DNA of 62,836 nt, the filler included. It is 10 parts of 10 records of this genome, joined end to end, with 100 filler letters (N's around TTAATTAATTAA, not from the genome) between each part and the next. Parts side by side here need not be neighbours in the genome. Positions count along the whole stretch, not along the records: positions 56,495 to 62,836 come from SRR31156797_145228; 9 more parts are not named here. One strand, 5' to 3'. A model generated the notes under the pieces. That model saw nothing but the letters and a program-made list of their open reading frames with translations. It made no database searches and was not told where the DNA came from. Position 1 is the first letter of the stretch. Each line of letters opens with the position of its first letter. This document shows, piece by piece, positions 56,498 through 62,836 of this stretch. The translations under genes were made by a program, and so were the position numbers.

Positions 56498-56532
56498 CTG
56501 TCATTCTGAGGCTGTTTCAGCCGTGAGAATCT
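56498..56532. repeat. REP-like hairpin (GTCATTCTGAG...AGAATCT type) at contig edge
   Basis: ATTCT-GA-GGCTG-TTT-CAGCC-GTG-AGAAT; partial copy TGTCATTCTGA near 56594. Confidence 0.45.
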
Positions 56533-56619
56533 GATGCCTTTAGTACATTTTTCACGTTGTCAACTTGATAACTATTAGTAATATGTTAATATGTGTCATT
56601 CTGACCACTCGGAGGAATT

Positions 56620-57645
56620 ATGGTTACCCTTAGAATGTATGTATATGATGTTAACATGTGTGGTTACTATAATGAGCATGATGCACATATCTTATGTAAC
56701 ATTGCAGAATTAATTGATGATTTAAGTAGATGGATCTCGTCTGATAGTAAAACATTGCAAGATACTAAAGTATTTGACGTTTCTGATGGTGGAGATTCTG
56801 ACTTAGAGATGACATATATCTATGATATCGTTAAAGTTAATAATAACTATTTAATTACTACGTGGAATAAAAATGAAACAGTTGATGATATGACTCTTAT
56901 GGCAAGAAAAAATGATAAGCCAGGAAACATAGAAACAATAGATGCAGTGGATGATGAAGAATACATAGTTGGCTATCCGTGTTATTTTATGTTTATTCCA
57001 AATAAAAAATTTCTAATTTCAATTCTACTTGATGGACAGAAGAAGAGAGGTATAAAAAATCTACAGTATTATATGAATATATTCATGAAGCATTTCTCAA
57101 GTTTTGTGGTAGAAGACTGTGATAGTGATGGTTGTGTCAGGTTAGGCTACGGAACAGTGAAAGAATTTTACAGTGACATAGAACCCTATTTTAAAGTTAA
57201 ACTTAAAAGGAAGTTAGGACAGATTGAGTACTTAAAAGCAAATGCATCAAAGATAAGAAAAGTTACCCATAAAAATATGCTTGATAATGATTTAGATAAA
57301 AAAGTGATAACACGTATACTAGAGAAGCTTACTGGTAAATATAATGATAGCCACGATGATGACTTGGAGTACAAAATCGAGTTTGAGTATAATGGTTTAG
57401 TTTCGGAAGATATTGATACGATACTGGAGACTTATAAAAATTACCCAACTGATCAGAAATTTAATGATGTAGGGTTTACTTTGATAGGTGAGTCAAGTCA
57501 TATTTATTGGGTAAGTAACTCAATTTGTAAAGCTGAAGAAAAGCTAGCACTGACAAAAAAAAGAGGCATATTAAAAGGTATAGAGTTACTATCTGAACTT
57601 AATGAAAGAATTGAAAAAATCATAATTAGGGCTATTAAAGAGTAA
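56620..57645 (+). CDS. AT-rich hypothetical soluble protein (341 aa)
   Basis: GGAGG RBS, long ORF, no recognised catalytic motif. Confidence 0.8.
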   Translation: MVTLRMYVYDVNMCGYYNEHDAHILCNIAELIDDLSRWISSDSKTLQDTKVFDVSDGGDSDLEMTYIYDIVKVNNNYLITTWNKNETVDDMTLMARKNDKPGNIETIDAVDDEEYIVGYPCYFMFIPNKKFLISILLDGQKKRGIKNLQYYMNIFMKHFSSFVVEDCDSDGCVRLGYGTVKEFYSDIEPYFKVKLKRKLGQIEYLKANASKIRKVTHKNMLDNDLDKKVITRILEKLTGKYNDSHDDDLEYKIEFEYNGLVSEDIDTILETYKNYPTDQKFNDVGFTLIGESSHIYWVSNSICKAEEKLALTKKRGILKGIELLSELNERIEKIIIRAIKE

Positions 57646-57646
57646 T

Positions 57647-58153
57647 ATGAAAATCTTAATGTTATTAATAAATTTAATGCTTACCTACGTCGTAGGAAGC
57701 TATTTTGATATAAGTAGTTTAATACACTTATCAACCCTGCTTATTAGTGTTTCATCAATATTGTTAACTATGATAGGAATATGGTTTGCCGTTGTTTATA
57801 ATAATATATTAGATATCTTTACTAAAGATATTAATAATATCAATGAAAACGAAATATACGAAGCTAAGGAATTTATATTTGCGATCTTTTATTTAGCGGT
57901 AGTTTTAGCTGGGTCTATGTTGATAATAATAGTATTGCATGGATTGAATGGAATTGCGTTAAACAATGTTATAATAATTAACATACTTTTTTTCTTAATT
58001 CTAAATCTCTTAGCGATGATGTTTTATGTTTTTAAGTGTATTTTAGTACCTTTTGGGAAACTAGTGCTTAAGCTCGAATCAAAGGTGTCTAACAAGAAAA
58101 TTAATAACTCAAAAAAAGTATTAGTAAAAAAAATAAATAAGAGAGAGCCCTAG
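57647..58153 (+). CDS. AT-rich hypothetical membrane protein (about 4 TM, basic tail)
   Basis: Starts 1 nt after the upstream TAA; four hydrophobic segments. Confidence 0.75.
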   Translation: MKILMLLINLMLTYVVGSYFDISSLIHLSTLLISVSSILLTMIGIWFAVVYNNILDIFTKDINNINENEIYEAKEFIFAIFYLAVVLAGSMLIIIVLHGLNGIALNNVIIINILFFLILNLLAMMFYVFKCILVPFGKLVLKLESKVSNKKINNSKKVLVKKINKREP

Positions 58154-58162
58154 GGCTCCCTC
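58142..58162. terminator. Hairpin terminator between convergent genes
   Basis: GAGCCC-TA-GGGCTC next to an A-rich tract (T-rich on the minus strand). Confidence 0.55.
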
Positions 58163-58182
58163 ACAAAATATGCCACAAGGTG

Positions 58183-59466
58183 CTAACCTTGAAGGGCTTG
58201 TTCTAAGTCTGCTATCAAATCTGATATCTCTTCGATGCCGACGGAGAGGCGGACATATTCATCCGTTACGCCTGCGGCTGTGCGTGCTTCAGCAGTTAAC
58301 TGTTGATGCGTGGTGCTAGCCGGATGTATGATCAACGACCTTGCATCGCCGATATTTGCCACGTGAGAGAAAGTCTTAACAGAATCAATAACCTTCCTCC
58401 CTGCTTCGTATCCGCCGTGGACACCAAAAGCTACAACAGCGCCGTAGCCACCTTTAAGAGTTGCAGTGCCAAGCTTGTGGTCAGGGTGATTCTCAAGCCC
58501 GATGTAGTTTACCCACTTCACCTTGTCCTGACCTTTCAGCCATTCAGCTACTTTAAGAGCGTTTTCGCTGTGTTTCTTGATCCTGAGCGGAAGTGTCTCC
58601 AGCCCTAGAATTATCTGGTGCGCATTAAAAGGTGATATGCACGCCCCGATATCACGAAGAAGCTGAAGTCTCGCTTTAAGTATAAATGCTACTCCCGGAA
58701 CAAGTGCTTTGTCGTGCTTGCCGAAAACATCCCAGTATTTCAGTCCGTGGTAAGAATCGTCCTCCTCGGTGAACTGCGGGTGCTTGCCGTTATTCCAGTT
58801 AAAATCGCCTTTTTCGATGATCGCTCCGCCGACAGATGTTCCGTTTCCGGAGATAAACTTAGTGAGTGAGTAAACAACTATATCTGCGCCCTGCTGGAAA
58901 GGCTTATATATGTATGGTGTTGTTGTGTTATCAACGATGAGCGGCACGCCAGCAGTATGCGCATATTCTGCGATTTTGGCTATATCCGGCAGTCTGCCTG
59001 AAGGATTAGAAACTGATTCAGCGTAGAATGCTTTAGTGTTTTCGTCTGCTGCTTCAAGGTAGTTAGCAGGGTCAGAGCTGTCAACAAAGTGTACTGTGAT
59101 GCCGAACTTTTTCAGTGTGTTCTTAAACAGGTTATATGTTCCGCCGTAAAGTGCAGATGATGCAACGATGCTGTCTCCAGCTTGTGCTAGATTGAGTATT
59201 GAATATGTTATCGCTGCCGCACCGGAAGCAACCGCAAGTGCCGCTGTTCCGCCCTCAAGCTCTGCCAGACGTTTTTCAAGAACGTCCTGAGTTGGGTTCA
59301 TGATTCGGGTGTATATATTACCGAACTCTTTCAGCCCGAAAAGGTTCGCTGCGTGTTCGCTATCTTTAAAGAGGTAGCTTGTTGTCTGGTAAAGTGGAAC
59401 CGCTCTGGATCCTGTTGCATCCGGCTCATAGCCGCCGTGAAGTAGAAAGCTGTCGATGTGACTCAT
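58183..59466 (-). CDS. metY: O-acetylhomoserine sulfhydrylase / aminocarboxypropyltransferase
   Basis: [48 protein letters not shown]. Confidence 0.93.
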   Translation of the reverse strand: MSHIDSFLLHGGYEPDATGSRAVPLYQTTSYLFKDSEHAANLFGLKEFGNIYTRIMNPTQDVLEKRLAELEGGTAALAVASGAAAITYSILNLAQAGDSIVASSALYGGTYNLFKNTLKKFGITVHFVDSSDPANYLEAADENTKAFYAESVSNPSGRLPDIAKIAEYAHTAGVPLIVDNTTTPYIYKPFQQGADIVVYSLTKFISGNGTSVGGAIIEKGDFNWNNGKHPQFTEEDDSYHGLKYWDVFGKHDKALVPGVAFILKARLQLLRDIGACISPFNAHQIILGLETLPLRIKKHSENALKVAEWLKGQDKVKWVNYIGLENHPDHKLGTATLKGGYGAVVAFGVHGGYEAGRKVIDSVKTFSHVANIGDARSLIIHPASTTHQQLTAEARTAAGVTDEYVRLSVGIEEISDLIADLEQALQG

Positions 59467-59554
59467 AGTAATTCTCCTAATAAAAGTTAAAGTTATATTG
59501 GTTGCTTCTGTGGGTACTATTCTATTGTAAATGTGGTGAAAAGATTATATGCAG

Positions 59555-59638
59555 CTAGAAGCTGCGCATACAGATATTGTTGGACATCATAGAAACGAAC
59601 AGGCTGTGGTTTTGAAAATTGTTAATATATGTTTTCAT
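59555..59638 (-). CDS. Putative Met/Cys leader peptide MKTYINNFQNHSLFVSMMSNNICMRSF
   Basis: AAAGG RBS; Met-Met and Cys-Met codons near the 3' end; hairpin over the stop; directly upstream of metY. Confidence 0.55.
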   Translation of the reverse strand: MKTYINNFQNHSLFVSMMSNNICMRSF

Positions 59639-59704
59639 TTTTTGCCTTTCAACGAAATATAGATGAGTAAAGAAAATACGCAAGGACTTTTTTTGTCTTA
59701 AATG

Positions 59705-59729
59705 AAAAAAGGGGGCCGAAGCCCCCTTA
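59705..59729 (-). terminator. Terminator after msrAB
   Basis: AAGGGGGC-TTCG-GCCCCCTTTTTT on the minus strand. Confidence 0.85.
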
Positions 59730-59736
59730 AGTCTTT

Positions 59737-60819
59737 CTATCTAAACAGTTTTAAAAATTGTCCATAACCTTCTTTTTCAAGGTCTTCAGCAGGGACGAAT
59801 CTTAATGCCGCAGAGTTTATGCAGTATCTTAAGCCTCCTCTGTCCGCCGGACCATCGTCAAAAACGTGCCCGAGGTGTGAGTCTGCGTTCATGCTTCGAA
59901 CCTCTGTGCGGGTTGAAAACCAACCTTTATCTACGTGCTCGGTCACAAGTTCAGCGACCAGAGGTTTGACAAAGCTAGGCCAGCCAGTTCCTGACTTATA
60001 CTTGTCTGTGGATGAGAATAGCGGCTCACCGGAAACTATATCAACATATATGCCCGGTTTTTTGTTATCCCAGAATTCATTCTGGAATGCTCGCTCGGTC
60101 CCTTCTTGCTGAGTAACTTTGTATTGGAGGTCGTTGAGTCTCTCTTTCAGCTCTGAGCTGGATGGTTTTTTATATCCATCCCATTTTGAAGTATCAAAGC
60201 TTGATTTATTAACAAGTTCATCAAGCTTGTTGCCCCACGTACGCTCTATGAAACCTGCACGACCGGATCCAATCTTATATCTTTTATAATAGTCAGGATT
60301 TTTCTTAAAGTATTCCTGATGGTACTCTTCAGCCTCATAAAATGGTTTAGCAGGGAGTATTTCCGTAGCTATCGGCATTTTAAATTTACCTGATTTATCA
60401 AGCTCCATTTTCGATGCTTCTGCAATCTTTTTCTGCTCATCAGAAGTGTAGAACACCGCAGTCTGGTATGACTGACCTCTGTCACCGAATTGCCCACCAG
60501 TATCTGTCGGGTCGATATTTATCCAGAAGATATCGAGGAGTTTTTCATAACTCACTTTTTCAGGGTCGTAAACTATCCTGACAGCTTCGAAGTGACCGGT
60601 GCCGCCACGTGTAACTTGTTCGTATGTCGGGTTTTCGACATGCCCGCCAGTGTAGCCGGCATCGATATCTATCACACCCTCAAGGAAAGAGTACGGTGGT
60701 TCCATACACCAGAAGCAGCCTCCGGCGAATATAGCCTCACTTTTCTTTGAACTTGCCATCGCAACCCCCGTCATCACTATTGTTATTGTAAATGCTAAAA
60801 GCAACGTCAGTTTCCTCAT
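59737..60819 (-). CDS. msrAB: Exported bifunctional methionine sulfoxide reductase MsrA/MsrB
   Basis: Signal peptide; [36 protein letters not shown]. Confidence 0.95.
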   Translation of the reverse strand: MRKLTLLLAFTITIVMTGVAMASSKKSEAIFAGGCFWCMEPPYSFLEGVIDIDAGYTGGHVENPTYEQVTRGGTGHFEAVRIVYDPEKVSYEKLLDIFWINIDPTDTGGQFGDRGQSYQTAVFYTSDEQKKIAEASKMELDKSGKFKMPIATEILPAKPFYEAEEYHQEYFKKNPDYYKRYKIGSGRAGFIERTWGNKLDELVNKSSFDTSKWDGYKKPSSSELKERLNDLQYKVTQQEGTERAFQNEFWDNKKPGIYVDIVSGEPLFSSTDKYKSGTGWPSFVKPLVAELVTEHVDKGWFSTRTEVRSMNADSHLGHVFDDGPADRGGLRYCINSAALRFVPAEDLEKEGYGQFLKLFR

Positions 60820-60941
60820 GTTAAGCTCCTTTCTTTTAGTATATAGCATAAAGAATATATATAAAGACAAAAGGCATCTTAATTAGTTCGTTAAATTGAC
60901 GTGAATATCTTTTTAGATGTAGAGTGTAATTGAGGTGAGAC

Positions 60942-61343
60942 ATGAAAGAGTATACCTATAAGCAGGATTTTAAGGTTAGAGATTACGAGCTTGATATGGA
61001 GGGTGTTGTAAATAATGCCACATATATGAATTATCTGGAGCACGCACGTCACGAGTATCTGCTCTCAGTCGGGATAGATTTTGCCGAGCTCGCAGAGAAG
61101 AATCTGCCGCTCATGGTGGCGAAAGCTGAGCTGGAGTATAAGTTTCCACTGAAAAGCGGAGATAGGTTTTGGGTGGGGATAAATATCGGCGAACACTCAA
61201 AGGTTCGTGCTGTTTTCGAGCAGGATATATATAGCTACCCTGATAACAAGCTTATACTCAAAGCTAAGATCACAGGAACAGGGCTAAACGAAAAAGGGCG
61301 CCCGAGACTTCCGGAAAGTGTACTTGAAAAACTGGGGATATGA
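60942..61343 (+). CDS. Acyl-CoA thioesterase (4HBT/YbgC family)
   Basis: VRDYELDMEGVVNNATY..YLEHAR. Confidence 0.9.
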   Translation: MKEYTYKQDFKVRDYELDMEGVVNNATYMNYLEHARHEYLLSVGIDFAELAEKNLPLMVAKAELEYKFPLKSGDRFWVGINIGEHSKVRAVFEQDIYSYPDNKLILKAKITGTGLNEKGRPRLPESVLEKLGI

Positions 61344-62173
61344 AAATGACAGATTTTAAAATAGATGAGAATAAGTGTATTAAATGCAGCGTATGCGCAG
61401 GGGACTGCCCTGTGAGTATTATAAGTATGGAGTACGGCTTTCCGCATATTAAAGATGAAAATGAGGCTAAGTGCATAGGATGCCAGCACTGTCTTGCAGT
61501 CTGTCCTACTGCGGCTCTGTCTATTATGGGTATTGATCCTGATGCCTGTATTACTTCAGATAAGATAGCAAATGCAGACCAGACAGAAGCCCTTATGCGC
61601 AACAGGCGCTCAGTCCGTCAGTTTAAACAGAAAAACATCGAACCTGAAAAGCTCGACAGGCTCATAAAGGTCGCAGCTAATGCACCTACAGGTAAAAATG
61701 AACGGTTAGTAAGCATCCATATTATAGATGATATCGATCAGATGAAGAGATATGTAGGCAAGGTTTATTCTCATCTGGAAACGATGGCTAAGGAAGGTAG
61801 ATTGCCTGACGATGCCAAATTCTTTGGCGGACTTGCGAGGATGTACCGTGAAAGCGGAATTGATATAGTTTTCAGAGGTGCGCCTAATCTTGTATTGGCT
61901 TCAGCACCAAAATCAGCATCGACTCCGGTTGCAGATGGTCACATAACACTTTCTTATATGGATATTATGGCTCCGAGCTTGGGGCTTGGAACTGTTTGGA
62001 TGGGCTTTCTTATGCATATATTCTCTTTCGCACCGGAGCTGATTGGCGAGCTAGGTATTCCGGAAGATCATATTGTTGCTTACGCACTCCTTCTAGGCGA
62101 GCCATCTGTTAAATATTTCAGAGGTGTTGTGCGTGATGATATACAGGTGAACAGGGTGGCTTTTACTGACTAG
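61340..62173 (+). CDS. Nitroreductase with N-terminal 2[4Fe-4S] ferredoxin domain
   Basis: CIKCSVCAGDCP, CIGCQHCLAVCP, RRSVRQF, APTGKN, LGLGTVW. Confidence 0.92.
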   Translation: MKMTDFKIDENKCIKCSVCAGDCPVSIISMEYGFPHIKDENEAKCIGCQHCLAVCPTAALSIMGIDPDACITSDKIANADQTEALMRNRRSVRQFKQKNIEPEKLDRLIKVAANAPTGKNERLVSIHIIDDIDQMKRYVGKVYSHLETMAKEGRLPDDAKFFGGLARMYRESGIDIVFRGAPNLVLASAPKSASTPVADGHITLSYMDIMAPSLGLGTVWMGFLMHIFSFAPELIGELGIPEDHIVAYALLLGEPSVKYFRGVVRDDIQVNRVAFTD

Positions 62174-62415
62174 TATTATGATTTTTTTGTAATTAGTTAA
62201 AATCGTGTTGCGAACGGCAAAAAACAATGATATTTTTCGGTATAACGGGTCGGTGCTTATTATAAGACGGCTTTCATGCCTACTAATAAGAACTGGCGCA
62301 TGTTTTGGCAATGTCTCAGAGACAAGATATCGGTGTTTGTCCCAACCAGTTTTCGCCAGGATCAACCTCGATAGGAATGTTTTATGGCGAAAATTTGAGG
62401 ATAGTATCAGTTATC

Positions 62416-62700
62416 ATGAATATTTATGTAGGAAACCTCCCTTACAAAGCTGAAGAAGACGGCATCAGAGATATGTTTCAGTCTTTCGGCGATGTAGCTT
62501 CTGTGAGAATCATCACAGATCACGAAACAGGCCGCTCTAAAGGATTCGGCTTTGTTGAAATGGAAGACGATGAGCAGGCTAAGGCCGCTATCGAAGAACT
62601 TAACGGCGTAGAAATGTTGGGCAGACCGCTCACTGTTAACGAAGCGAGACCTAGAGCTCCAAGACCTCCTAGAGGCAACTTTAACAACGACCGTTACTAA
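62416..62700 (+). CDS. Single-RRM RNA-binding protein
   Basis: RNP2 IYVGNL; RNP1 KGFGFVEM; VNEARPR. Confidence 0.95.
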   Translation: MNIYVGNLPYKAEEDGIRDMFQSFGDVASVRIITDHETGRSKGFGFVEMEDDEQAKAAIEELNGVEMLGRPLTVNEARPRAPRPPRGNFNNDRY

Positions 62701-62727
62701 GAACTTAAATAATTCTTAAAACAAACT

Positions 62728-62756
62728 AGCCGGAGCGTAAAAACTCCGGCTTTTCT
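62728..62756 (+). terminator. Terminator after the RRM gene
   Basis: AGCCGGAG...CTCCGGCT followed by TTT. Confidence 0.8.
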
Positions 62757-62836
62757 ATTTGCAAGCTACGAGCTTGTAGTACCACTATCAGGAGACGGAA
62801 AACGATAAACTCAGCATATTTATGAGTGTAGTGTCC

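Overview
This window is not one locus. It is ten unrelated contigs joined by nine artificial 100-nt linkers (N-run, TTAATTAATTAA, N-run), as in a concatenated metagenome; the gene content suggests an anoxic or marine-type community. Taxonomic labels are inferred by eye from protein style. (1) 1-6039, Planctomycetes-like: NusG paralog fragment, ATP-grasp, WecA/MraY, PMI, amidase, dockerin protein, DUF1559 fragment. (2) 6140-15402, Alphaproteobacteria-like: radical SAM, ferredoxin, paaK, LIV-type ABC importer. (3) 15503-21173: giant surface protein. (4) 21274-27247, Desulfobacterota-like: patatin, lipoprotein, motAB, rhomboid, cNMP-HDOD. (5) 27348-32503, Planctomycetes-like: pgk, adk, PPIase. 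(6) 32604-38053: transport genes. (7) 38154-43522, Bacteroidota-like: BlaI/M56-M23 and others. (8) 43623-49234: eukaryotic 18S-5.8S-28S rDNA. (9) 49335-56394: sat-cysC, galE, xseAB-ispA-dxs-tlyA. (10) 56495-62836, possibly Deferribacterales-like: AT-rich gene pair, metY, msrAB, nitroreductase, RRM. The most notable signal is missed by the ORF track: an in-frame TGA with a SECIS-like hairpin that joins a Cys-rich domain to a radical SAM enzyme (candidate selenoprotein, 6216-7409). Also notable are two unannotated leader-peptide regulators (38175-38299 and 59555-59638) and an AT-rich soluble + 4-TM two-gene cassette with anti-phage-like architecture (56620-58153).
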